A DNA stretch of 52,889 nt from a virus (lineage: Duplodnaviria > Caudoviricetes). A program made the position numbers and the translations under genes. Location: the IMG/VR virus record IMGVR_UViG_3300009082_000023, positions 1-52,889 of that record; one strand, 5' to 3'. How positions within the stretch are numbered: the stretch's first letter is position 1; the number at the start of each line of letters is the position of its first letter. The notes under the pieces were generated by a model, which saw nothing but the letters and a program-made list of their open reading frames with translations, did no database searches and was not told where the DNA came from. This document shows, piece by piece, positions 28,310 through 37,725 of the stretch.

Positions 28310-30204
28310 CGTTTCACTGTCCTTGTATTTGTTCCCTTTCTCACTATCGTAGAGTTACCCATTTCAACCACTTCACGGGATGTTTGCCGCCTCGGTTCTA
28401 ACTGTCTGCTTATCTGAGTGAGTTTATTATTCACCCTGTCCAGACGGTTATTTGAGCCGTTGTTATCCACGTTTATATTATTTACGGGTGCGATAATATT
28501 CTCAGGCATTATCTTTGTAAACCGGTTGACCATTAGTTTACGGTCGTCTTTGTTGATAGCCTCTAATACGCCTCTGTATTTAGCGGCAGGGCCTTTCTTT
28601 GTTACGAACTCCTCCTCATGCACTATACCCGCTACCCGCTCGCCCGTGTCGTCTCTCATGCCTCCTTTGCCCGTCCAACCACCTTTGGCAAATTTCTGGG
28701 ATACTATCAGAGCTGTTTGTAAAGCTCCAAAAATAGCGGCATAGGTAGCGGCTTTTGTAGCTAATGCAGGACCGACAACCGGGATACCGACCTGAGACAT
28801 ATAAGCCTTAATAACTGACTGAGCCGTGTCTATTAAAGACTGTGCAATGGCTATCTGCTTTTGTTTTTTTGAATATTCTTTCTCAATCTCAATCCGTTGT
28901 AATGCAGCGAGTGTTTCTATTGAATTTATCTTATTCGCATCATCTTTTGCAGCCTTAACTTTCATCTCTGTTTCTTTGTCAAGTGCTGCAAGTTCCTTTT
29001 CAAGGTTCTGATCTGTTATATTTGCTATTATCCCGAATACGGCTTGTTCACTTGCAATAATAGTATCCCATGCCTGTTTTTTTAATTCAAGTTTTGCCTC
29101 CTCTGCTTCTTTAACCCTATCAATTTCTGCTTGTTTCTGTTTCTTATCATATTCATCCAATTCTTTACCTATCTCTTTTTGTGCGTCGGCCGTCTGAATC
29201 TGGATACGCTTCATAAGAGTACTGTCTTTTATTGCCCATACTGTCTTTTGTTTTGACTGAAGTTTAAGATGATCCTCATACTTGTCACGCCATTTCTTTT
29301 GCCCGTCAAGTTCAGTCTTTAACTCTGCTTCAATTCCCGCCTTAACTAACCCGGTCATCATAGAGTTAAGTTCTTTCTTTGACGCATATCTTTTCTCTTC
29401 TATACCATAGAGTTTTATAGTCAATGCAGATTCTTCTTCTAATAAAGTAAGGTTATCCGGTGCTGTTTTTAACCATTCCCTGACAAGTCCAAGACGGGTA
29501 GCTGTATTCTCATTCTCAATATCAATAGCCCGATTATGTGCCGTTAAGGCATAGGTATAATTCTTTAATCTGTCTTCATTTGATTTTGTTAAATCTCTGG
29601 CATCAACTAAATATTTATTATATAATACCTGGTATTTAGCTACATCCTTCAAACTTTCTCTCTCAATCGCACGGAGCTTCATCATATTCGCCTGAATGAA
29701 AGCAACCTCTTCCATATTCTTCTTCCATTCTTTCATCGGGGTCTTATTAAGGATGTCATATAATAATTGCTTTGTAGCTGCAAGTATCACATTGAAATTA
29801 TTAAATCCTGTCTCAGTCTCCATAACTGCATTTTTCAATATCCTCATTGAAGATGCAACAGCAGCAATGGCAGCTACAATACCGGCATAAACCTTTGCTA
29901 ATTTACCTCCACTTTCAGCAACTTTCTCATTAGCCTGCACCCCCGCATCTTCATATTCTTTTAAATGCAGTTTTGCCTCATTTATTTTCTTGTTATATTT
30001 CTCAATGTCATCAACTGAATATGCTTTTCGTTTAGCTTCCTGTAGTTCCTTCAAAGATTCTTCAATATCTTCAATAAGTCCCTTTTCGCGCTTCATACCT
30101 TTCTCTGCCGTATCATGCAGGTTCTGGGTGGCACGTTGCGCCTCCTTGACCTTATTAACATAGTCGGTATTTGTAGCTTTGAGTATTAAATTAATCTCCG
30201 CCAT
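28306..30204 (-). CDS. tail tape measure protein
   Basis: long helical Ala/Lys/Glu-rich protein; FAKGGWTG...AGIVHEEEFV motif; follows the frameshifted chaperone. Confidence 0.85.
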   Translation of the reverse strand: MAEINLILKATNTDYVNKVKEAQRATQNLHDTAEKGMKREKGLIEDIEESLKELQEAKRKAYSVDDIEKYNKKINEAKLHLKEYEDAGVQANEKVAESGGKLAKVYAGIVAAIAAVASSMRILKNAVMETETGFNNFNVILAATKQLLYDILNKTPMKEWKKNMEEVAFIQANMMKLRAIERESLKDVAKYQVLYNKYLVDARDLTKSNEDRLKNYTYALTAHNRAIDIENENTATRLGLVREWLKTAPDNLTLLEEESALTIKLYGIEEKRYASKKELNSMMTGLVKAGIEAELKTELDGQKKWRDKYEDHLKLQSKQKTVWAIKDSTLMKRIQIQTADAQKEIGKELDEYDKKQKQAEIDRVKEAEEAKLELKKQAWDTIIASEQAVFGIIANITDQNLEKELAALDKETEMKVKAAKDDANKINSIETLAALQRIEIEKEYSKKQKQIAIAQSLIDTAQSVIKAYMSQVGIPVVGPALATKAATYAAIFGALQTALIVSQKFAKGGWTGKGGMRDDTGERVAGIVHEEEFVTKKGPAAKYRGVLEAINKDDRKLMVNRFTKIMPENIIAPVNNINVDNNGSNNRLDRVNNKLTQISRQLEPRRQTSREVVEMGNSTIVRKGTNTRTVKR

Positions 30205-30887
30205 TATGCAACATTTTTATTTTTCTTATTCCACGGGATATTACCCATCATTGCTTTGCTAATTTTTTGTTTAGTCGATTCAGACAATGGCTTTCTTTTT
30301 TTGCCAGTTAGTGCTTTTGAAATCTTTAAACAAGTTTCCTTGCTTACCTTTTTCCCTTTCTGAGAATAAGTTAATTTTTTACCTGTTAATGCGGCACTTA
30401 TTTTTTTCTTTCTTTATTCTGATAATTTTTGTCCCTTAAGGGTGTTACTAATCTTTGCCCTTACTTCTACAGACATTTTTTTACCCTTAGCCGCATTGCT
30501 CATCTTTATACGAACCCACATAGGCATTGGCCCGTGTTTAATTCCTTTCTGCCATAATCCCAGTCTCTTACAGGTTTCTGCTGATCTTTTTACCCCCAAA
30601 CAATTATTAGCTATCTTACATATATTAAACCACGGATTAAGTCCGTCTATATAAAATTGTTCTTTCTTGATTAAATCTTCTTTATCACATTCAATTATTA
30701 TCGAGAAAACTAGATCATCTTTGCCGTACTTGTTATAATGGTTTTGGAGTTTGGAATTTCCGTGTTTATTCCGTCTTAATAGGCTTAAGTGTTGTTGCCA
30801 TCGTTCATAAATATTAAATGCACTACCAACATAATGTTTTTGGGGTTTTATTACAGATTCAATTTTATATATACCACATATTTTCAT
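30204..30887 (-). pseudogene. GIY-YIG/NUMOD3 homing endonuclease with an in-frame premature stop at 30414..30416
   Basis: GIYKI...YVGSA. The same frame continues with NUMOD3-like repeats to a TAA overlapping the tape measure ATG. Confidence 0.8.
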
Positions 30888-31135
30888 TATTTGTCTTTCA
30901 TTTTATTATCTATATAGGCAAAAAAATCAAATATATCAAAAGTCATTAAAGTCTTCATTTCCGAGGCGCTCCCCTCTGTTATGTTGAATAATAAGTTATT
31001 CCAATATTTATCTAATTCTTTAATTTCATTCACTATTCGCCCTCCGGTTCCGCCTTCGTTTTTGAACCATCTGGGATAATAATTTTGTAAGCGTCGGTCC
31101 AGTGAGGCGTTAAACTGGACGCTAACTGAAAAAAA
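30887..31135 (-). CDS. -1 frame extension of the tail assembly chaperone (gpGT-like)
   Basis: slippery T-TTT-TTT at 31135-31129; 3' hairpin GTCCAGT/ACTGGAC; the -1 frame stays open to TAATG at 30887. Confidence 0.75.
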   Translation of the reverse strand, partial: FFSVSVQFNASLDRRLQNYYPRWFKNEGGTGGRIVNEIKELDKYWNNLLFNITEGSASEMKTLMTFDIFDFFAYIDNKMKDK

Positions 31136-31566
31136 GGCAAACAGTCAAGCTCCTTGCTCCAACACTCAATCTTATCCTTCGCCTTTGCCTCATCGTAAAC
31201 AGCAAGGTCTTCGCCTTCCTCGTTAATAAATAAAGCACATATTCTCCATGCAGGGTCGTCTTTCTCCTCTAAAGAGACAACACCGTACATTATATTGTGA
31301 AGCACCACAGCCGCATCACCAAGTTTAGCCTGATTCAGGAAGTCCCACGCCGTGCGGACATTCTTAAACAAATCCAGAAACGAAGCGGAGAAGCCAAACT
31401 CTAAATTGATTCTTTGCAGTTCACGGTAACGGTTAAAAGACAACTGCTCGGACTTAATGTAAAACTTTCGTCCGGCACATTCAAAATACTTTTTTTCAAA
31501 GTCAACGGTTTTTAGTTCATTCATCGTGGTTGAGTTTATCGTAAAGGAATCCATAAATAACAACAA
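31033..31566 (-). CDS. tail assembly chaperone (gpG-like)
   Basis: upstream of the tape measure gene; LPFF slippery site. Confidence 0.7.
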   Translation of the reverse strand: MLLFMDSFTINSTTMNELKTVDFEKKYFECAGRKFYIKSEQLSFNRYRELQRINLEFGFSASFLDLFKNVRTAWDFLNQAKLGDAAVVLHNIMYGVVSLEEKDDPAWRICALFINEEGEDLAVYDEAKAKDKIECWSKELDCLPFFQLASSLTPHWTDAYKIIIPDGSKTKAEPEGE

Positions 31567-31810
31567 AGAATATCCCTAAAGCAGGGTAAAAAAGATGTTC
31601 TAATAAGTTGTAATCTTTATAATGAAGTATTAAATAAATCCATGCGAGGGCCTGCCCTGCGAAACATTTTTCGCACCAACCTAACGGATTCCTCAACCAC
31701 CACGGCAGACCCTCTATTAGTTTCTGATACCAACAGAAAATACCTTCCGGTTCTCCCAGACGGACAAACATGAAAGCTATAATTGATATTTGGAATATCT
31801 CAAAAATCAT
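31517..31810 (-). CDS. small membrane protein with CxxC (DUF1360-like)
   Basis: three hydrophobic segments; PLGWCEKC. Confidence 0.55.
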   Translation of the reverse strand: MIFEIFQISIIAFMFVRLGEPEGIFCWYQKLIEGLPWWLRNPLGWCEKCFAGQALAWIYLILHYKDYNLLEHLFYPALGIFFVVIYGFLYDKLNHDE

Positions 31811-33174
31811 ATCTCTAAGTCATTACAAAGTTTAGCTGCTGAGTCCGTATGCCCGGCCTGAGCAATAATCTCGTTAGTGTTATTCTGACCCTCACCAACT
31901 GCGACAGACGTAGTGCCTATTGCGACATTCACAATATTGCTCCATGATTTTGATATACTCTGATCAGAAGGTGCGGCTTCGTAGTAAGTAGTTGCACCGT
32001 CAATATAAGATATTAACCCTCCGGCAGGCCCCGTGTCCCCGATCACATAAGCCCCTGCGACATCTACAAATGAGCGACAAGCCCGGACATGATATAAAGA
32101 TGTCTTATTCTCATTAATAAGCCATATTCCGGTATTAAAATCTATACCCTCGGAACTTGTTGCATCATCTTCAGTTGACGACCAATATACAGCATCTGCA
32201 AAGTCTCCCAATCCCAGAGCGTGCAATGAATACATAGCATTAAGTTCATCAATAGACGGCAGGAACCAGTCACAAAACAAAGTAGTCACCGTAATCACAT
32301 TGGAGCTATCGCTTGTATCATTGTCATCATAACACCGCACCCGGTAGTAATATATAGTATGATCAGTAAGTCCTGTTACTGTATATTCCTGAACATCACC
32401 TACATCTAAATTTTGATAACCCGCAACAAATGAAGCAAATGTATTAACGGTAGATACATCTAAATAATATCCGGTAGCCTCCGTTTCAATTTCCCAGACA
32501 GCTTTAAACGAAAGACAGTCTATATCTTCAGCCTCTGATGCCACGGGCGTCATCTGGTCAATGACATCTTCACATGGAGCCGGCACCACATCAGAATCCA
32601 GACATATAGCGAAATCGGTCTTAATAGTCAGTGCAAAATAATCATACGGGTACATCAGGTACTGGATATGCTTCTCATCAAAGGTGTACTGAGAAAAAAT
32701 AGAGTTACTCCGTGGCTCTTGTCCAACTACCTCACTGTAAAACTGATGAAAAGGCGTGTGCTCTTCTGGGAACAAAGGTAAAGCCCTGATTATCTCCGTT
32801 ATGATATGTGCAGACCGTGTGCAGACCGTTCCTGTCTTGCAGGTATCAGATATTATCTTTGCAATGTTTATCCAGCAGACCAATTTAAGGGTAGAGGTAT
32901 AATATTTTTTATTGCTCTCATATTTGACAAAACTCACTCCCCCGTCCTCAAAGTAAATCACAGTATTATAAGCACTGTTAGGCATCAGGTCGTTATATGC
33001 ACCCTCTTTGCAGTCGTCGGCTGTGGTGCAACAGGCAATAGGAAAAGACTTCTCCACTGGCCCGTCTGGCCCCTTAATCTCAATGTGAGCCGTTGAGACA
33101 AGACCCGCTATCTTATCAACGAAGTCAAGTCCTTCAATCTGTCCTTTTATTATGTCAGCTACTGCCTGGTTCAT
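31807..33174 (-). CDS. virion protein: putative tail-completion N-domain + FN3 + permuted DUF1566-like lectin domain
   Basis: W....ATGYYLDVS...YTVTGL....YYYRVR FN3 pattern; DWFLPSIDEL, YWSS, VRACRSF. Confidence 0.7.
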   Translation of the reverse strand: MNQAVADIIKGQIEGLDFVDKIAGLVSTAHIEIKGPDGPVEKSFPIACCTTADDCKEGAYNDLMPNSAYNTVIYFEDGGVSFVKYESNKKYYTSTLKLVCWINIAKIISDTCKTGTVCTRSAHIITEIIRALPLFPEEHTPFHQFYSEVVGQEPRSNSIFSQYTFDEKHIQYLMYPYDYFALTIKTDFAICLDSDVVPAPCEDVIDQMTPVASEAEDIDCLSFKAVWEIETEATGYYLDVSTVNTFASFVAGYQNLDVGDVQEYTVTGLTDHTIYYYRVRCYDDNDTSDSSNVITVTTLFCDWFLPSIDELNAMYSLHALGLGDFADAVYWSSTEDDATSSEGIDFNTGIWLINENKTSLYHVRACRSFVDVAGAYVIGDTGPAGGLISYIDGATTYYEAAPSDQSISKSWSNIVNVAIGTTSVAVGEGQNNTNEIIAQAGHTDSAAKLCNDLEI

Positions 33175-33758
33175 GCTAATCCGTTGTTTTTAAATATCTG
33201 CAAAACATCAAGGTTATACTGTTCCTTTAGTGTATCAATTTCTTTTGGTGATAAGTCAAGTATATCGCCCCGGCTCTTTGTATTCCCTGCGAGTTTTTTC
33301 TTTTCGCTATCATTTTTTGCTCCTATCACTGCTATACCTTGTTGATGTTGTGAGTTATTACTTATAACGTTTATATCTGCCCACATACGCCCGGAAAGCA
33401 TGAAGTCTACATGGTTGACTTGCGCCCCGTATATCTGCCTGTATTGCCTATAACCGCCTGGAAGTATTGCCAGCCTGTGACCCTTAACCGTCCGCCACTC
33501 CATTGCCCTACGTTTTTCCTTACTTCCAAATAAGGTATTACACTTATCCCGAGGTAATGACTTACACCCTACAAGCATTGCCTTCGTAGAATAAGGTCTG
33601 TATTTAGCTCCCTCTGCATTTTCCCCTTTTTGCTGTACCCTCTGTCTTAATAGAGTTAGTGCCGTCATTGCCATCCGTACCATAACCTGACCATGCGCCC
33701 CTGTCTGAAGGTCGCTGATTACATTGTTAAGTCTGTCATTGTACTCATCTATGGTCAT
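33171..33758 (-). CDS. putative neck/tail-completion (virion morphogenesis) protein
   Basis: G.....PYS, VD..LSGRMW basic pattern; position after the head genes. Confidence 0.55.
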   Translation of the reverse strand: MTIDEYNDRLNNVISDLQTGAHGQVMVRMAMTALTLLRQRVQQKGENAEGAKYRPYSTKAMLVGCKSLPRDKCNTLFGSKEKRRAMEWRTVKGHRLAILPGGYRQYRQIYGAQVNHVDFMLSGRMWADINVISNNSQHQQGIAVIGAKNDSEKKKLAGNTKSRGDILDLSPKEIDTLKEQYNLDVLQIFKNNGLA

Positions 33759-33787
33759 AACATCTGCGACTGTCTTTTATATAAATT

Positions 33788-33943
33788 TCATCTTTTTAAT
33801 CTTCTTTTTTTTAGATATTTTGCACTCGCTTTTAAATATGCTCTTTGATAATTCCTTCGTAATCTTATCTTAAAACGAGTGTTTCTGCCCGACCTGCCAG
33901 TATGTGGCCCTGCTGCATTTTGATTCCCCATCGGTGCTCCCAT
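33788..33943 (-). CDS. 51-aa very basic protein not in the ORF track
   Basis: MGAPMGNQNAAGPHTGRSGRNTRFKIRLRRNYQRAYLKASAKYLKKRRLKR*. Confidence 0.6.
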   Translation of the reverse strand: MGAPMGNQNAAGPHTGRSGRNTRFKIRLRRNYQRAYLKASAKYLKKRRLKR

Positions 33944-33975
33944 TGCTTTGAAATTTTAAATTAATATTAAAAAAA

Positions 33976-35061
33976 TTATAACATTTGTGACTGTCTTTTA
34001 TAGCCGTGCGGACTTTTGCATTTTAAGCACTCATTCCGATCTTCGGTCATATTCTCTCCGATGAACTCAATCATCTCTTTATACTTAGTTTCGTAGAACT
34101 GTATATTAGCCGACAATCCCTCAACGCCCAAGAGAGTGTATCTATTGACCTCTTCGGAGTCCATTATATAAGCTGTCAGGAAGCTCCCTGCCTTGTAAAG
34201 AATAGCCCAAGCGATAGCATAATCCACGGGGTCTTGTGTCCAGTCAGCGTGTTCATTGCAAAGCATAGTAAGAATGTCGCACTCAAAGTTACCATGAAGG
34301 ATCAGACCCCGTGCATCTCTGGAAGTTCCCCAGTCATCCCTAACGGTTAAATCCGATCCATGCACACCGGCAACCATAGCCCACTCTGTCCACTTGTCCC
34401 GTGAATACTTATAGCAAGGTTTATTAACATCAAAACACCACGAAAACCCTCCACAGTTACAAGTCAGCTTATTGTTTTTAGGCACTCCCCCGGCTGTGGA
34501 ATATAAGAAATACAAATCACCCTCCAGATCAAAACTTACTGGAGTGATAGCCGTGTATTTCGGTCTCCCTGCCAAAGAAGTTAAGGCAATAGTCTCAATA
34601 GCCGCCCCGCCGTCTTCGTCGTCCTGCCCCGTGTAAACATTCAAATTGATAGCTTCAGTAGTATCAAGTATTAAGGTAACACCCCGTAAATTGAACGAGC
34701 CTCCGATAATATCTGAATACATCCGTAGCCCGTGGTAAGTATCAGCACTCAGCGAAGATGAAAAAGCCTTACCTCCTATGTCGCCGTAGAACCTATTTCG
34801 TGCCGGTTCCTTAGTCTTGTATATCTCTCTCAGGACGTCAACCTTAAAAGCATTAACAGCATTCTCGCGGGCATAGGTCATCTTCTCCCATATAGAATAA
34901 TTACCACCTGTGGTACTCAAAAGCCTTAACGCCATCCCCGGCAACTCATCAATAAACAACCCGGAGTCAGATTCAGAATAAGAAGCATCGTAACCAGACA
35001 CACAAGCATCCGTCTTTCTCGTGAATCCGATTACATTTTCCAAACAAACATACACACTCAT
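33976..35061 (-). CDS. putative head-tail adaptor, Cys-rich
   Basis: position after the capsid and decoration genes. Confidence 0.5.
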   Translation of the reverse strand: MSVYVCLENVIGFTRKTDACVSGYDASYSESDSGLFIDELPGMALRLLSTTGGNYSIWEKMTYARENAVNAFKVDVLREIYKTKEPARNRFYGDIGGKAFSSSLSADTYHGLRMYSDIIGGSFNLRGVTLILDTTEAINLNVYTGQDDEDGGAAIETIALTSLAGRPKYTAITPVSFDLEGDLYFLYSTAGGVPKNNKLTCNCGGFSWCFDVNKPCYKYSRDKWTEWAMVAGVHGSDLTVRDDWGTSRDARGLILHGNFECDILTMLCNEHADWTQDPVDYAIAWAILYKAGSFLTAYIMDSEEVNRYTLLGVEGLSANIQFYETKYKEMIEFIGENMTEDRNECLKCKSPHGYKRQSQML

Positions 35062-35072
35062 CTTATTTTATA

Positions 35073-35993
35073 TTACTGATAAACAACTATTGTACCCACT
35101 GAAATCCACTCCGTCCCTGACCATCTTTTTAGCTTGCTATCTGATACGCCCCCTGATGCTGTTTCTTCACCGGCGGTAAACAGATGAAACTTTTGATTAA
35201 CCGATACCGACGGGTCTATCCTCGCTTCAATAGTGCTCCCTGCTCCAAAGTTCAACCCATCATAAAAAGGTATCATACCGAACATACCCCCACTGGGCCG
35301 TGTGCATCCTACTGAATCAGATACAGGAAACTCCATGATCACCATGCCATTGATAAGCAACTGTAAATGTCCCATCATAAAATCACCTACCTGGGTCTGA
35401 AGCGTAATGTCCTGCAAAGTAAATCCACCCGTAAGGACAGTATAAGAAGCGATAATTTGATTAGCCGTCTCCACGGTTATTATCGTCCTCTGTTTATCTA
35501 TTATCGTTGCACACGTAGAGGTATTAACACCAATAAAAGAAACGTTATAACAGACCTGAGGCGATCCGGTAGTGGCTAATTTATCCTGAGTAACAATAAG
35601 CCGTACAATGTCCCCCTCTGCGAATTGCACCCCGTCATAAAGTAGTAACTGTCTTCTGCTTATGTCAAAATCAGCCGTACCAAGCGACCCGCCAAAGGTT
35701 GACTTTATACCTCCGATACGGAACTCCATTTTATCCACTCCATTGACCTGAAGTTTAACTATACCAACAGGCATAGATGCAAGCGAGGGAACTCTCGGTA
35801 TATTTGCAAACTGTCCGAAAGGCCAGAGAAACTTAACGCATGACGAATAACCATCAGGCACGGTATATTTACCAATGCTTACAGCACCGTCACGCATGGG
35901 GTGTCTGCTTGACCAGTTAGAAGTGAGATCGGGAAGCGTCCCAACCTTCTCCTGTGAGTCAATGGTTATGGTCTGCTTGTTAAACACTGTCAA
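35073..35993 (-). CDS. putative head decoration/fibre protein
   Basis: beta-rich; shares LQV.GVDKMEFR with the upstream gene; ends KRWSGTEW. Confidence 0.5.
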   Translation of the reverse strand: MTVFNKQTITIDSQEKVGTLPDLTSNWSSRHPMRDGAVSIGKYTVPDGYSSCVKFLWPFGQFANIPRVPSLASMPVGIVKLQVNGVDKMEFRIGGIKSTFGGSLGTADFDISRRQLLLYDGVQFAEGDIVRLIVTQDKLATTGSPQVCYNVSFIGVNTSTCATIIDKQRTIITVETANQIIASYTVLTGGFTLQDITLQTQVGDFMMGHLQLLINGMVIMEFPVSDSVGCTRPSGGMFGMIPFYDGLNFGAGSTIEARIDPSVSVNQKFHLFTAGEETASGGVSDSKLKRWSGTEWISVGTIVVYQ

Positions 35994-36339
35994 AAAATAA
36001 ACTTGCCGTCCATGTATAAGAAGTCGTTGCCGCAGGGGTTACTTTTACATCCACCGCCTCTGACCCCGAGAAAGCCAAACCATTACCAAGTGGAATAACT
36101 ACTATTCCCGCAAGGGTATCGTTATCGGTGTTCTGAAGCCTGAACTCCATTTTATCTACACCTCCAACCTGAAGGTAGATAGTTCCGAGGTTAGATTCTG
36201 TTGCCGACCATGTAGTGGGATAACCCGCTATCACGATAGTCTTTAACTTTAAACCACTCGCCGGAGTATTGGTGAGAATTGTTTGTTTTGCTGTTGTTGC
36301 TGTGGTCACTAAGCGACCATAGGCGATTGTCTGTGCCAT
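35980..36339 (-). CDS. putative head decoration protein
   Basis: Thr/Ala-rich beta protein after the major capsid gene. Confidence 0.5.
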   Translation of the reverse strand: MAQTIAYGRLVTTATTAKQTILTNTPASGLKLKTIVIAGYPTTWSATESNLGTIYLQVGGVDKMEFRLQNTDNDTLAGIVVIPLGNGLAFSGSEAVDVKVTPAATTSYTWTASLFFDSV

Positions 36340-36344
36340 ATAAA

Positions 36345-36647
36345 TTAAGTATTAGTATTTATCCATAAATCACCCGTTGAAGGGTTTGCGGGTTGTGTTG
36401 TTCCAACTGTTATCTTTGCCAGTCCTGAAAATTGCAGGTGCGCCGATTGACTATGTGAGTAAGCAGGCGAAATCTTTGCTATCTCGGTATCGGCAACAAG
36501 ACTCTTGCCCGTCACCTTATCCACCTTACCGGATATATCGACGGGATGTTCAGTGAAGTAATCAGCCACAGCCGTAGCAATAGTCTCGCCGGTACTGACT
36601 ATCGTCTGAACGAAACTCGCAAACCTATTTGAACCCCGTGCATACAT
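36345..36647 (-). CDS. short fibre-like protein
   Basis: KVDKVTGKSL and VGTTQP.NP.TGDLWINT fibre motifs. Confidence 0.55.
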   Translation of the reverse strand: MYARGSNRFASFVQTIVSTGETIATAVADYFTEHPVDISGKVDKVTGKSLVADTEIAKISPAYSHSQSAHLQFSGLAKITVGTTQPANPSTGDLWINTNT

Positions 36648-36654
36648 ATTTTAA

Positions 36655-36700
36655 AATAAAAAAAGGTACATCCCAAAATTAATCAAGACGTACCTCTCTT
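36655..36700 (-). terminator. terminator after the major capsid gene
   Basis: AGGTACGTCTTGA/TTGGGATGTACCT stem plus U-run. Confidence 0.65.
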
Positions 36701-36722
36701 TTAAAAACATTCTGTTAAAAAC

Positions 36723-37721
36723 TTACTCGCATTCAAATATGAGCACACCCGTATTCGTCTCATCGCACGGGAAAGGATTAGCAGCAAACAGCCCGGTAAA
36801 GGTGATCTTCAAAGCCCTGTAATACTCGCCATCTTCGCAAGTATCTTTCATCAGGAAATCATAATATATCCCCGGAAGATTCTTGCTTTCTTCGCTCCAT
36901 TCCCAGTACTGACCGGCAAACGGTTGTGCGTTGATCGGGTTGATCTTGTGCCATGCCTTATTCAATAGTGCCACGGCTGTTTTATGAACCATGAATGTCT
37001 GTCCTGAAGCATGATCTTCAATATTCTCAGGATCCTGATAAACCCTCATCGTGTTCATCTTCTTGAATCCACCGAGGTCACCGGCTGTCCCAGCCTCCAG
37101 CGGACGGTTAAATAGTAACTGATAAAGGTTGTTACCTGTTATAAGGTAAGGATTGCGGAACTTATTGAGCCTCTTAACCTGGTCAAAATAACCCCAGATG
37201 TTGTCATCCCAGTACTGAGCAGCTATGGTCGTCGGGTTACCTCCGGGTGCGCCCACTCCTCCTGTAAACAGGTTAGTGCCGGCGGCAGCAGTAAGTCCAG
37301 CGATAACATATTCAACCACTCTCTCGTCAAGGGCGGTCATGTGAGCCAGCTTCTGGAAAGCTATTGACTGATCCTGTTCAATAGTGCGCTCCCTGTATGC
37401 CTTGAAAGGCACTTTAAAGGCGGTCTCATACAGACATTCAATCTCATAATCCTTGCATTCAGGATCAGCATCTTCACCCTCAATGTCGCATGAAGCGGCA
37501 CAGGCGGTGACTTCGGGGCTACACTTGGTAAGCCACTCAACTCTCAGTTCATTGTTTTTCCCTCCGGTAATCTCAGTGAAATTAACCGACTGATTTTCAA
37601 GCACGGCCTTTGCAGTGACTACGTCACCGATAAGGTCGTTATTCTTCATAGGATCGGTCCATATATCATCGGCCATCCTTTGAATAGTATGCAAATATCC
37701 ACAACTAATCTCTAAACTCAT
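36723..37721 (-). CDS. major capsid protein
   Basis: 332 aa; follows the scaffold gene and precedes a terminator (assignment by synteny). Confidence 0.7.
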   Translation of the reverse strand: MSLEISCGYLHTIQRMADDIWTDPMKNNDLIGDVVTAKAVLENQSVNFTEITGGKNNELRVEWLTKCSPEVTACAASCDIEGEDADPECKDYEIECLYETAFKVPFKAYRERTIEQDQSIAFQKLAHMTALDERVVEYVIAGLTAAAGTNLFTGGVGAPGGNPTTIAAQYWDDNIWGYFDQVKRLNKFRNPYLITGNNLYQLLFNRPLEAGTAGDLGGFKKMNTMRVYQDPENIEDHASGQTFMVHKTAVALLNKAWHKINPINAQPFAGQYWEWSEESKNLPGIYYDFLMKDTCEDGEYYRALKITFTGLFAANPFPCDETNTGVLIFECE

Positions 37722-37725
37722 TTTT

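Noticed and set aside
30414-30416. Stop-codon reassignment
   Set aside because: This is a single case; TAA, TAG and TGA all terminate other genes normally and coding density is high under the standard code.
31807-32271. Diversity-generating retroelement
   Set aside because: A target-like lectin domain is present, but I found no reverse transcriptase, Avd or adenine-mismatched template repeat in the genome.
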